DNA of 64,000 nucleotides from Hydrolagus colliei (taxonomy: Eukaryota). The position numbers and the translations under genes are program-made. Location: assembly GCA_035084275.1 (NCBI GenBank), contig CM068744.1, positions 42,718,001 through 42,782,000 on the forward strand, read 5' to 3'. Of the stretch, positions 12,161-24,384 are shown piece after piece. Below the pieces are notes generated by a model. The model had not been told where the DNA came from. It did no database searches and worked only from the letters and a program-made list of their open reading frames with translations. Position 1 is the stretch's first letter; each line of letters begins with the position of its first letter.

Positions 12161-12511
12161 GTGCGAGCGAGGACCCGGTGCTCACTCAGTCTCCGGCAAT
12201 GCTGAGGGTACCAGAGGGAGCCCCAGTGCAGATACACTGCTCCATGGACAGGGCCGCTGTGGGAGAGGCTGATGTGCACTGGGACTGGCAGCTGTCTGGA
12301 AATGAGAGCCAGTGGGGGCTCAGTCTCTTCACCAATGACACCGTCAGCAGGTCCCACAATGTGAGCCAGCGTTTCCAGCCTGTCAGGAACGTGACCAGTA
12401 ACAGCTACATTCTGAGCATCAGCAACACGTCAATCAGTGACTCCGGCCTCTATACCTGCAGAGTGTGGGGCTACATCCGGCCAAGTCAAGGCATCCGGCT
12501 CATTGTAACCA
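12161..12511 (+). CDS. Gene A exon 4: V-set Ig domain V3
   Basis: ttaacag| acceptor; VLTQSP, IHC, HWDWQ, DSGLYTC, QGIRLIVT; donor A|gtgagt; 351 nt, phase 1-1. Confidence 0.92.
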
Positions 12512-13937
12512 GTGAGTACAGCAGCACTCAGCCATCAAGTCCATTCATTCCTTCATCTGACATGGACAACAGGATAGATGCCCAGCCCCTCCCATTGTTA
12601 TTGTCTCATCTCCCCCCCTCCTCTGTGACCATACTGGGCTCCACAACCTCCCTGTCACGTCCCTGTTAACCAGCCTCTGTGGAAATCCAACAGTCACAAA
12701 CAGGCTTCTCGTGGCATCTCCACCTCTTTCACAATCCTCCCCCCAACCCTCCTCGCCTCCTTCTGGTGGGAATGAGGAACTTGCTCCGGCATGGAGTAGT
12801 TGAGATCAATGGAATTGATCTATTTAAGGGGAACAACAACAACACAATTACATTTGTAGTGTGCCTTTCATATCAGGAGGACGTTCCAAGGCATAGTCAG
12901 ACCGCTACCTGTGCCCGTTCAGGTGAATGTTAACTCACAGTCTAAACTGATACTCCAATGCAGTGCTGGGGGAGAGTGGGGGCTGCACTGTTAGAGGTTC
13001 CATCCTTCAGGTGAGACAAAGTTCTGGCTGCCTGTTGGGTGGATGTTTAATATCCCTTGGCATCATTGGAAAATAGAAGGGAGTTTGTCTCTGCCAGTGT
13101 CTTGGCCAACAATCCTCAGATACAATTGTTCACTCTCTCTGTGGCTGTTTGTTGGACATTGCGATGGTAAATTCACCTGCATTATACACAGCCACTACAC
13201 TTTGCAGTAAATCCCTTGAAGACATTGTCCCGATGTGAAAGATGCTGTTCAAATGCAGATTAATAATAATACACAAGGTGACCAGCGGGTGGCAGCGCTG
13301 CTCTCAGACCTCATAAGAACATAAGAAATGGTAGACAATAAAAGGCCAAGGGCCATCCGCTTCACCTTCCTGATGGTCACGTGTACATATGTCCCAAACT
13401 ACCCATGTACTGTATATGTCCCATTATGTTATTTCCTAAATGAAAACTCTCCTCTGTGTTTGACAGAATCAGCATTTCCTGCTTCAACCATCTCCCCAGG
13501 GAGCCTGTCCCACAGGTTCACTATTCACTGACTGAAATAGTGTTTGCGTAGATTCATTCTGAATTTACCCCCCTTCAATCACGGGCCGTGGCCTCTGGTT
13601 GTACTATTGTGGACAAGTAGAAGCAGCCGGTAGTGATCTATATTGTCTTGCTCCTTTAGAATGTAAATACCTTCCTACCCCTGCTCCTGGCTCGGTGCCG
13701 GGATCCGCTCCTGTGAAGCACTCTGAGACGCTGTCCAGCGTGGAGGGCGTTATATAAATCAAAGTTGTTGTTGTTGCTGTTAAATACAGCAACCATGTCC
13801 CCTCTCAACCTTCTCTTGTCCAGTGTGAACCTGCCCAATTTACCTATTCACTCCCCATAGTCCAGTCCCTCCATTGCCTTAATCGTTTGGTTGTCCTCCT
13901 CAAATTCTCTTGATTTCTCCAGTATCCTTTCTGTACT

Positions 13938-16734
13938 AGAATCATAGAATCATAGAATTTTACGGCACAAAAGGAGGCCATTCGGCCCATCTAGTCTGTG
14001 CCGGCTCTTTGAAAAGAGCCGGCACAGATCGAATCAGCCTCCACCACCTTTTCAGGCAATGCATTCCAGATTCGAACAACTCGCTGAGTGAAAAATGTTC
14101 TCCTCAGCTCCCCTCTACTTCGCCTTGAAACTATTTTAAATCTGTGACCACGAGTCACAGATTCACCCACGAGTGGAAATAGTTTTTCTCTATTTGCCCT
14201 GTCGAAACCCCTCATGATCTTATAAACCTCTATTAGGTCTCCCCTCAATCTTCTCTGCTCCAGAGAGAATAACCCTAGCCTATCTAGCCTCTCCTCATAG
14301 CTGAAGTCCCTCAATCCTGGCACCATCCTAGTAAATCTTCGTTGTACCCTTTCCAATGCCTTCACATCCTTTCTGTAGTGTGGTGACCAGAATTGAACAC
14401 AGTATTCCAGCTGAGGCCTCACCAAAGTCCTATAGAGGTTAGTCAGCACTTCCTGACTTTTGTACTCTATACCCCTATTTATAAAGCCTAGTATCCCATA
14501 TGCCTTCTTAACAGCCTTGTCTACCTGTCCTGCCACCTTCAACGAGTCACTAACACAAATCCCCAGGTCTCTCTGTTCCTTTACACCATTTAAAATTGTA
14601 CTATCTAGCCTATATTGCCTCCCTTCATTTCTTCTCCCAAAATGCATCACCTCACACTTCTCTGCATTAAACTTCATCTGCCATGTGTCTGCCCACTTTA
14701 CCAATTTGTCTATATCCTCTTGCAGATGGCTACTATCCTCCTCACTGTTTACTATTCTCCCTAACTTAGTGTCATCTGCAAACTTGGAAACTGTACTCCG
14801 TACACCCAAGTCCAGATCATTGATGTAGATTACAAACAGCAATGGTCCCAAATCCGATCCCTGTGGCACACCACTGCTCACTTCCCTCCAATCTGAAAAA
14901 CAGCCGCTCACTACAACTCTCTGCTTTCTGTCTCGCAGCCAGTTGTGGATCCACGCTGCCACTGTCCCTTTTACGCCATGGGCCTTTAATTTCCTAATAA
15001 GTCTCTCATGTGGCACTTTGTCAAATGCCTTTTGAAAGTCCATGTAAACTACATCAACTGCGCTACCATTATCCACCCATTCCGTTACCTCATCCAAAAA
15101 TTCTATCAGATTTGTAAGGCAAGATTTGCCTTTAACAAATCCATGTTGACTGTCCTTTATTAGCCTATATCTTTCTAAGTGAAGATCTACCTTGTCCCTG
15201 ATTATGGACTCTAGAAGTTTGCCCGCTACCGACGTTAGACTGACTGGTCTGTAGTTACCAGGCTTGTCCTTCTGCCCCTTTTTATACAAGGGAGTAACAT
15301 TAGCTATCCTCCAGTCCTCTGGCACGACCCCTGTGTCCAAGGAAGATTGAAAGATCGTGGCCAGAGTCCCTGCTATTTGCTCCCGTGCCTCACTTAGTAA
15401 CCTAGGGTGCATCCCATCCGGACCAGGTGACTTATCCACCTTGAGCGATGTCAACCTTTTTAGCACTTCCTCTCTGGTTATAATTATTCTATCCATTTCT
15501 CCTACCCTCTCCTCTAATACCATGGCATTGGCTGTATCATTTTCTTTTGTGAAGACAGAGGCGAAGTACTCATTCAGTGCATCAGCCATGCCCTCTGCCT
15601 CCACAATGAGATTTCCTCCTAGGTCCCTAATTGGCCCCACCCTATCCTTGACCAACCTTTTACGCTTAATATGTTGGTAAAAAACCTTAGGGTTCCCCTT
15701 AATCTTACTCGCTAATTGTTTTTCATGCAGTCTCTTTGCCCCTCTAACTTCCTTTTTTAGTTCTATCCTACACTTCCTATATTCTGCTTTGTTCCCTTCT
15801 GAATTTTGAGCCTGACACTTATCATAAGCCTCTTTTTTTTGTTTTATTTTGGCCCCGATTTCCTTAGTCATCCAGGGAGGTTTGGATGCCTTACATTTCA
15901 CCTTTGTGGGGATGCTTTTGACCTGTGCCTGAACTATCTCCTCTTTGAACGCTGCCCACTGCTCGTTAGTTGTCTTACCTGCCAATTTTTCTTTCCAATC
16001 CACCTTGGCTAGGTCCCACCTCAACTCATTGAAATTAGCCCTTTTCCAGTTGAGTGTCCTCACCTGTGATCGTTCCTTATCCCTTTCCATAATTATTCTG
16101 AATCTAACGATATTGTGGTCACTATTCCCTAGATGCTCACCTACAGAAACCTGTTGAACTTGCCCTACCTCATTTCCCAAAACTAGATTCAGCAATGCTT
16201 CTTTCCTCGTTGGACTGGAAACATACTGATCAAGAAAGTTGTCCTGCACACACTTCAGGAATTCTTCTCCCTCCTTGCCCTTTACTCTACTATTCTGCCA
16301 GTCTATGTTGGGATAGTTGAAGTCACCCATTATCACTACTCTATTAGTTCTGCATTTCTCCGTGATACGCTTGCAGATCTGCTTGTCTATCTCCTCCCCA
16401 CTATTTAGTGGTCTATAGTATACCCCTAACAGTGTAACTGCACCTTTTTTATTCCTCATTTCTAACCAGATAGATTCGGTTTTTAGTCCTTCTTCCACCT
16501 CGTTCCTTTCTAAGGCAGTCACTGAGTCCTTAACTAAAATTGCCACCCCGCCCCCTTTTCTCCCTTCTCTATCCCTCCTGAATACATTATAACCAGGAAT
16601 GTTCAACTCCCATTCCTGCCCATGCTGGAGCCAAGTCTCTGTTACTGCTATAACATCATATCGCCTCGCAGCAACCTGAGCCTGCAGCTCACCAATTTTA
16701 TTTCTCAAACTTCGTGCATTTACATACATGCACT
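13938..16734 (-). mobile_element. CR1 LINE with open ORF2 (APE endonuclease + reverse transcriptase)
   Basis: 912-aa ORF 13991-16729 with VNARSL/TETWL, GDFNYP, SDHN, PGPDG, GVPQGS and KFADD motifs. The (attctatg)n 3' tail is at 13938-13965 on the minus strand. Confidence 0.95.
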
Positions 16735-16739
16735 CTTAC

Positions 16740-18570
16740 TACGGCAACCAGAACTGTGCACAGTACTCTAAATAAGGCCTCACCAATGATTTATACAGTG
16801 GCAGGATTACCCCACTATATTGACTTGCTGTTGATCTTTTGATACATCTCAACATCTGGTTTGCTTTACTCACTGCTAATGAGCATTGTTGGGAGAGCTT
16901 CAATTTATTGTCAATCAGGACCCCCAGGTCCTTTTCATTTTCCAAAAATGTTATTCCCTTTCCATACAAATAATAGAATCATAGAATCTTTCGGCACAAA
17001 AGGAGGACATTCAGCCCGAGGCTATGCCAGCTCTTTGTAAAGAGCAATTCAATCCCATTTCCCAGCCCTCTCCCCATAACTGTGCAAACCCATCCTCCCC
17101 AAATAAATGTCTACCTCTCTTTTAAAAATTGTTATCCAATTGGCCTCCACCACCTTTTCAGGCAATGTATTCCAGATTCGAACAACTCACTGAGCGAAAA
17201 CATTTCTCCTCACCTCCCCTCTGCTTCTTTTAGAAACTATTTTAAATCTGTAACCTCGGGTTACCGACACACCCAACAGTGGAAACCGTTTTTCCCTGTT
17301 TATCCTGTCGGATTCCCTCATGATCTTGAAAACCTCTATTAGGTCTCCTCTTAACCTTTTCTGCACCAATGAGAATAAACCTCGCCTCTCTAGCATTTCC
17401 CCATAACTGAAGTCTCTCATTCCTGGTACAATCCTGGTAAATCTCCTCTGCACCTTTTCCAAAGCCTTAACGTCCTTCCTAAAGTGTGGTGACCAAAATT
17501 GAACACAGTACTCTTGCTGAGGACTTACCAAAGTTTTGTGGAGGTTAGTCAGAACTTCCTGACTTTCATTTTCTATGCCCCTATTTATAAAGCCTAGTAT
17601 GCAGTATGCTTTTTTTTAAACAGCCTTGTCTACCTGTTCTGCCCACCTTCAAAGATTCACTTACACAACCCCCCAGGTCTCTCTGTTCCTTCACACCCCT
17701 TAAAATTGTACTATCTAGCCTATATTGCCTCTCCTCATTCCTCCTCCCAAAATGTATCGCCTCACATTTCTCCACATTAAACTTCATCTGCCATGTGTCT
17801 GCCCATTTTACCATTCTGTCTATATCTTCTTGCAGATAGCTACTACCCTCCTCACTATTTACTATTTTTCCTAACTTTGTGTCATCTGCAAACTTGGAAA
17901 TGGTACCCCCTATACCCAAGTTCAGATCATTAATATCAATTAAAAAGAGTAGTCCCAATAACAATCCCTGTGGGATGTCACTGTACACTTCCCTCCAGTC
18001 AGAAAAACAGCCGTTCAACACAACTCTGCTTTCTGTCTCCCAGCCAGTTGTGGATCCATGTTGCCACTGTCCCTTTAATGCTGTGGGCTTCTAATTTCCT
18101 TATGAGCCTTTCATGTGGCAGATTGAATTTCATCTGTCACCGATCCGCCAAATTCCCAAGTAGGTTCAAATCCTCCTGTAACCATCTTGTTCAGTTTTGC
18201 AATCCACCACCTTCATTAGCTTGGTGTCATATGTAAACTTAGCCACTGTACTTGAAACTCCTAGGTCCGGATGATTTATAAAAATATTCAACAAAACAGG
18301 TCCCAAACTGATTCTTGTGGAACTCAACTGGTAACATTTTCCCAGTCTGGTCACATTCCCTGTACCACCACCCTCTGGGATCTTCCAGTCAACCTGTGGT
18401 GTATCCATTGTAATAAACCTCCACTGACGACCTGTATCAAAGGCCTTACTGAAATCCAGATACTGTATATATCATCCATTGACTTGCTCGGTCAAAGAGC
18501 CAGCACAGACTCGATGGGCTGAATGGCCTCCTTCTGTGCGTTAACATTCTATGATTCTATGATTCACAGC
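16740..18570 (-). mobile_element. Stacked degenerate CR1 fragments
   Basis: ORFs with EYCVQFWSPHFRKD and ISKFADDTKL motifs, broken by frameshifts; CR1 tails at ~16975 and ~18545. Confidence 0.85.
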
Positions 18571-19789
18571 CTTACCCTTATCAAGTTTCCTTGTCACACA
18601 AGCAAAGTACATTGGACTGGCCAGCCCTTCCCTTCATGAACCCTTATTGGTTATTTTTTATGATTTTATTTCTGTCTAGATGATACATGATTTTAAAATA
18701 GAGTCCCGATCATTTTACCTACAATGGACTGCAAACTTACTGGTCTGTAGTTCCCCAGGTCCCTCTTGTTACCTTTGTTACAGATAGGAGTAATATCTGC
18801 CGTTCTCCAGTATTGATCTCCAGTATTCACTGATTTTAAAAAGATTTGTGCCGTGTTTCTGTGACTTCCTCCTTTAGTTTTGCCAGTCTCCCCTCCACCA
18901 CAATCCTTAAAATCCAACTCATTTAAACTCTGCTGCCTACATTCTCATCCACAAAAAACTTCGCTCCCCCATTACCCCACTCCTTGCCAGACTTCACTGG
19001 CTCCCTGTCCCGGAGAGGATCGATTTGAAGATCCTCACCCTTGTTTTAAAATCCCTCCTCTGCACCCCCCTACCTCTCCGACCTCCTCAAACCAGCACCC
19101 ATTGCCTTCACTGGGTCTGGCCTCTTCCTTGTCCCGCAAATCCTCCGCCCCACCATCGGCAGCCATGCCTTCAGCCACTGTGCTCCGAGGCTCTGGAACA
19201 CCCTTCCTCACTCCCTTCGCCTCTCCACCTCTCTTCCCAGTTTCAGGTCTCAGCTAAAGACCTTTCCCTTCGACCGCGCCTTCGGTCACCTTTCTCCCCC
19301 TGCCCCTGGCTCGGGCCCGGGATCCGTTATTACAAAGCGCTCTGAGAGGTCCGGCGTCCGGCGTAGAGGGCACTACATAAATCGAAGATGTTGATGTTAG
19401 TTACTTAAGAATCCTCAGTTGCTATTCTTCTGGTCCCTAAGGTTGCTTTACCAGTGAGATGAACAGTGTCACAACTTTTCTCTGTAACATCCTTGAGTTC
19501 TCTTTCTTGATCAGATGGTTACCCGTCTCCTCCTTGGTAAAGACTGATTAAAACATTTTTTTAACACTTTTGCAGCTTGTGCTGGACTATTTGTCACGTT
19601 GTCTCCCGAACGCACCTCCAGTGGCCCTGTTCCATTGCTTGTTTTCCTTCTACTCACTATTCTGTGAAGTGCTGATGATTTTGTTTGTAAATTGCAGGCC
19701 CTGGAGCAAGTTCATTGCTTTATTTTTGGGGGGGATTTAGCATCTTGAGGCTGGTTCTCCCCCGGCCCAGTTCTTTCCTCAACAGGGAT

Positions 19790-20280
19790 CATGGCCTTGG
19801 ATCCATTGGCCACTCAAAGCCTGAGCTCTGTGGGGAGACACTGCTCTTGGTGGCCACTATACTGTGTTTGCTGTCATTCTTTCCACACTGATTTCACACA
19901 TAAACTTGCAAAGGGATTTATAACCTTGCCATTTATAATAATCTTTACATTTGATATATTGCCTTATCCCGAGATAATTCAAAACGCTTCACAGGATATA
20001 CAGTAAATTGCTGTGTATTTTGTGGGTAAATCCTGGAATCGAGTTAGCACACGGCAGTGTCCCACAAACAGCCATGGAGTGAGAGACCAAATTTATTTGA
20101 GGGATTCTTAGCCAGGCCATCAGGGTAGGCAGAGAGAGAGGGTGAGGGAAATTCCCTTCTCTTCTCTTGGGATATTTAACATCCATCTAAAGGATGGCAT
20201 GGCTCAGGATGCATTTCTTCCCCTGCACAGCACTGGGCGTTAGCATAGTTGAAGGTTCTCATCGGGGTGAGGGATGTTGC
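19790..20280 (-). mobile_element. SINE remnant (Deu-domain-like)
   Basis: Similar to the SINE at 44750-45110 and 54340-54720 ('ggatatttaacatcc', 'cagcactggg'). The family assignment is from recall. Confidence 0.45.
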
Positions 20281-20354
20281 TTTAATTCACGTCTGTGTCC
20301 AGGACTGAGCTGTTACTGTTGCTGAAACCCATGTGTGTTTGTGAATTGTTACAG

Positions 20355-20493
20355 TAGACACCAGCCATCCACACAGCCCTCATCGCATCAAAGTGATCAT
20401 AGGCTCCTCTCTGGCATGTCTCCTGCTGCTCTGCACCCTTCTCACAGCTCTCTTCTGCAGGAAACGTCTGAGCAGTAAGGCCCACAATGACAG
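20355..20493 (+). CDS. Gene A exon 5: short stalk + transmembrane helix
   Basis: ttacag| acceptor; DTSHPHSPHRIKVIIGSSLACLLLLCTLLTALFCRKRLSSKAHND; no charged residue in the hydrophobic core; donor AG|gtaaat; 139 nt, phase 1-2. Confidence 0.88.
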
Positions 20494-20859
20494 GTAAATC
20501 TGGGTTCCCAACAGCAGAGATCAGAGCCTTGGGTGACTGTTGTACCAGGTGGATTTCAGGGGACCAGGGAATTAACATTGGTGGAGACACTGTTGTAATT
20601 TGTCAATTGTTGTCATTTGTCATTTGTTGTTGTCATCCAGGAGAATTGTGATCTCAGCTTCCTTGTCCTCCCTTCCCTCCCGGTCTAACCCTAACCTCAA
20701 CTGTCCCATTGCTCACTCTCTCCACACAACTGTCTCTGACAAACACCCCTTCTCCTCCCTCATCCACAGCCTCCCCAACTCTCCCTGCATCTCAAATTCC
20801 ACATTCATGTATCCTTCATGACCCCAAATCCTCTCTTTACCGCTCTCTCCTTTATCCCA

Positions 20860-23200
20860 TCCCCACCCCAGCAAACCTATCTGCATTTGTATCCAAAATG
20901 CCGCTCCTTCTCCAATGAAGCCCTGACTATCCATGACGTCATTCTGAATGAGTATTCTTGGGCTCACAGAAACATGGCTCTCTCCCAGACTTCGTCCCCC
21001 TCATCCTGGTCTCCCATCCTGGCTGCAGTTTTCACCTTTCCCTCCTCCGCATCCTCCTGGCTTCTTCCTCACTGACATCTCCTCACTCCTAATCCTTGAC
21101 CCTCTGCATGAAACACCTGCTCATAATGCGAGATTTCAACCTCCACCTAAACTCCTCTTGCACGCATTTCACTGCACTCCTCTCCTCCCTAAACCCCACC
21201 CTCCACATCAACTCACTGACTATGGTCTCTCCCTTTCCCAGGACTCCAATGTCATCTTGGAGATTAAAAAAAATCGAAAGATATTGTTTACCATTTTCCA
21301 TTACCTCCTCTATGGACCCCATCAAACTCCCTCTATCTTCATAATAAACCTTGCGTTTGACATAGTGCTTTTCATGTCTGCTAGATATTTCAAAGGGCTT
21401 TGCAGAATACACAGTAAAGTGAAATGACTGTGTATATGTGGGTGAAACATGGCAGCCAATTGTGCTCAGTGAAAATCACCAATATATTATTGTTTTTTTG
21501 CATGGGATTATTATTAGCTGTGCGGAGTAAGGAAACTTGCCCAAGGTTATACTGTGCCTGGAATCGAACCCAGGTCTCTCGCTTGCAAGGCAAGTGTTCC
21601 AACAACTGAGCTGCAGAACTCCACATCAGACGCCAAGTGCAAAGAGGGACTAGAATTCTTTGCCTCAAAAACTGAAAACATCCGCATGGCTGCATCAACC
21701 TCCCCACCCCCATGTCACCTTCCACCACATCCATACCATCATCTACCTATGCCATGATTCCAGCTACTCTCCCCTACCTACATTCCTTTGCACCATTACT
21801 CCCTCCTCCCTCTCAACCACAATCACCAGGATGAAGTTCACAACTTGCTGCCTCCAACCCCAACCCATCAGCTGTGACAGCGCTTGACAAAGTCACAAAT
21901 GACATTCTCTCTCTATCTGTGACCAGGGCTCCCTCTGCCTCCATATCCTCCTGGATCTCTTTGTTGCATTTATCAGTTGACCCCACCATCCTCCTCCACC
22001 CCCTCTACTCCCTCATCTACCTCAGTGGGATCACACTCACATGGTTCAAGTACTACTTTAGCAAACCTCCATTGCATCTCAGCAAATGGTTTCTCGTCCC
22101 GCCCCAGTCCATTCACCTGTGGGGTTTCCCAGGGCTCCATCCTTGACCCTCTTGTTTTCCTTGTCTATCTGCTCCCTCTAGGTGATGTCTTCCACAGAGA
22201 CGGGGTAAACCGTATGAGGATGATAAATCTATTTTGCCTCAAGTAGCATCTCCAGGGCCCCTGATGTTCTATCAGCTGGCAGACATCAACAACAGCAACA
22301 AAATGACTTTCATGTCGGGAGGACGTCCCAAGCTGCTGAACATTCAGTTGGGACGCGAGCAGGGTGGGGAGGGTTAGGGTACGGGCAGTGGGACAGAGAG
22401 TAGGAAAGGGGAGAGAGTTAGAAGGGCAGCAGAATGCACTGTTGAAGAGGAAGGTCTTGAGACCGGCCTTGAACGAGGAAAGGGAGGAAGCGAGGTGAAG
22501 GGATTGTGGGATGGAGTTCCAGAGTGTGGGGACAGAGAGGCTGAAAGCCCAGCCACTGATGGTATGGCGGCTCGGGCAGCGGACATGGAGCATGCCAGAG
22601 CCCACTGAACGGAGGGGACGGGCGGGCTGATAGGGAGACAGTAGTTCGGAGAGATAGGTGGGGGCAAGGACGTGAATGGCCTTGAAAGTGAGGATGAGGA
22701 TCTTGAATTCAAGGCCTGGATGAGTGTAAACTTTGTGCAGCTGAACATGGATAAGATGGAAGCCATACTCCTTGGCTCCCGTCAATGTCTTCACTCCTGT
22801 GGTTCTAAACTGCTAAACCTCCCTGGGCTCTCCCTCAGTCTCAATGACCCGTGTGAAACCTAGGGTCCAATTCGACATTCAGCTGTCCTCCCTCACCAAC
22901 ATCTTATCCTTGACCAGGACAACTTTCTTCCACCTCCTCCACATTGCCCTCCTCTAACTATACCTTACCCCAAGTTCAGCCTGAACCCTTGTGCATGAGT
23001 TTGTCTCCTCTCGCCTGGATTCCTCCAACACTCTCCTCGCTGGTCGCCCCAGCTCCACCATCCAAACGATCAGCTGATTCAGACTTTGCTGCACACATAC
23101 TGACCCGGACCAAACTGTGTACCCACATCTCACCAGTTCTGGCTCCACCCAACGGATCAACTTCAAGATCCTCAAACTCATGATCAAATCCAGTCACTTC
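20860..23200. mobile_element. Cluster of L2 fragments in both orientations
   Basis: LTETWL, GVSQGSILDP and WNSIP motifs in broken frames. Confidence 0.7.
21370..21615 (-). mobile_element. tRNA-derived SINE (tRNA-Ala-like head)
   Basis: Minus strand reads gcagctcagttgttgg...ttgcaa...gggttcgattcc (A and B boxes), followed by ccttgggcaagtttcc. Confidence 0.6.
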
Positions 23201-23499
23201 GTGGCACCACACGTCCTACCTCCCTCTCTCTGACCACCATCAGAGGTCGCCCTTTCCACTCCTTGCTTTGGTGTAATTTCAGGGCAGTGTCAAACTCCTC
23301 GGCCCTCAATCCCTCCTCCTTGCCCCTTCACTCCCCTTTTTCAAGCGCAAACTGGATAACTTCTGCTTCTATTGTGCTTACAAATACCTCCTCCAGCTGC
23401 CCACCACCCCCAGCTCAGAGACAGGCTCTGCACACTGTTAAGCACTATAAGAAGCTGCCTGGTGTGGAGGGTGCTATATAAGTTATTGATCAGAATGTG

Positions 23500-23930
23500 A
23501 GCATCACGTCCATGGGGAGTGAGCAGGAAATGGGGTTAGAGTAGAGCAACAGAGGGGAGCAAGAATCAACTGAGACATGATGGCAGAGAGAACAGGGAAT
23601 GGGGTTAGAGTAGAGAGCTCCAGTGGGGGAAAGAGAACCAGCACAGACACAGTGGGGGAGAGAGCAGGGAATGGGCTTAAAGTAGAGAGCTCTAGTGGGG
23701 AGCGAGCACCAGCACAGACACAATGCAGAGAGAACAGGGAATGGGGTTAGAGTAAAGAGCTCCAGTGGGGGAATGAGTACCAGCACAGATACGATGGGGA
23801 GAGAGCAGGGAATGGGAGCAGGGAATGGGGCTAGAGGATAGAGCTCCAGTGGGGGAGTGAGCACCAGCACAGACATGATGTGGGGAGACAGAGCAGGAAA
23901 TTGGGTTCGAGTAGAGAGCTTCACATGCTG
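23500..23930. repeat. ~60-bp minisatellite upstream of cytoplasmic exon 1 (gene A)
   Basis: About 6 units of ggggttagagtagagagctccagtggggg...cagcacagac. The homologous array is at 33680-34000. Confidence 0.8.
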
Positions 23931-23974
23931 CATGTTCAGCGCTGGAGAGAAATGATTGTTTCTTCTGATTTTAG

Positions 23975-24009
23975 GAAACTCGCTGGTGTTGTGAACAGCA
24001 GGTGTGATG
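23975..24009 (+). CDS. Gene A exon 6 (cytoplasmic 1) KLAGVVNSRCD
   Basis: ttttag| acceptor, G|gtgagt donor, 35 nt, phase 2-1. The paralog at 33603-33637 has the same length. Confidence 0.75.
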
Positions 24010-24254
24010 GTGAGTAACTCAGTCCCACGATACACAACAGATCAACACAGCAGTGTTGGGGGAGGAATGCCGTTGTTGGAGCTGTGGTCTTGTAGATGTG
24101 GTATTAAACTAATGGTCCTCTCTGCCTAATGCATGTTAAAGGTCCTATGATGCTACTGGAAAACAGAAGAGAATCTCTCGTGAGGCGCTGGGTAAATGTC
24201 AGACTGTAAACCTTGTGTTGTGTATCAATAATCCTTGTTTTGGTGTAATTTCAG

Positions 24255-24298
24255 GGCAGTGTCAAGCTCCTCGGCCACAGACAGCCAGCAGCTCTGAG
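24255..24298 (+). CDS. Gene A exon 7 (cytoplasmic 2) QCQAPRPQTASSSE
   Basis: tttcag| acceptor, |gtaagc donor, 44 nt, phase 1-0. Confidence 0.8.
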
Positions 24299-24384
24299 GT
24301 AAGCCCATGTATCACACCCCCTGTATCACACCTAGTTTGTGTGGCTTGGTGATGGCTGTGTGTGACTGTGTGGCTCTGTTTCAG

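Noticed and set aside
10762-12520. Rearranging TCR/Ig V gene segments
   Set aside because: No heptamer-spacer-nonamer follows the V exons. Each exon runs through the G strand to a splice donor, and there are no D, J or C segments in the window.
12049-12669. ORF-track starts and ends for V2/V3 as real protein termini
   Set aside because: The ORFs run into intron on both sides; splice sites define shorter in-phase exons.
20282-20590. 102-aa minus-strand ORF conserved at 35619-35882 and 38310-38537
   Set aside because: It is the antisense frame of the TM exon and its flanks, conserved only because the region is duplicated.
21540-21615. tRNA-Ala gene
   Set aside because: The acceptor stem is not formed and the sequence continues into a SINE body, so it is a SINE head.
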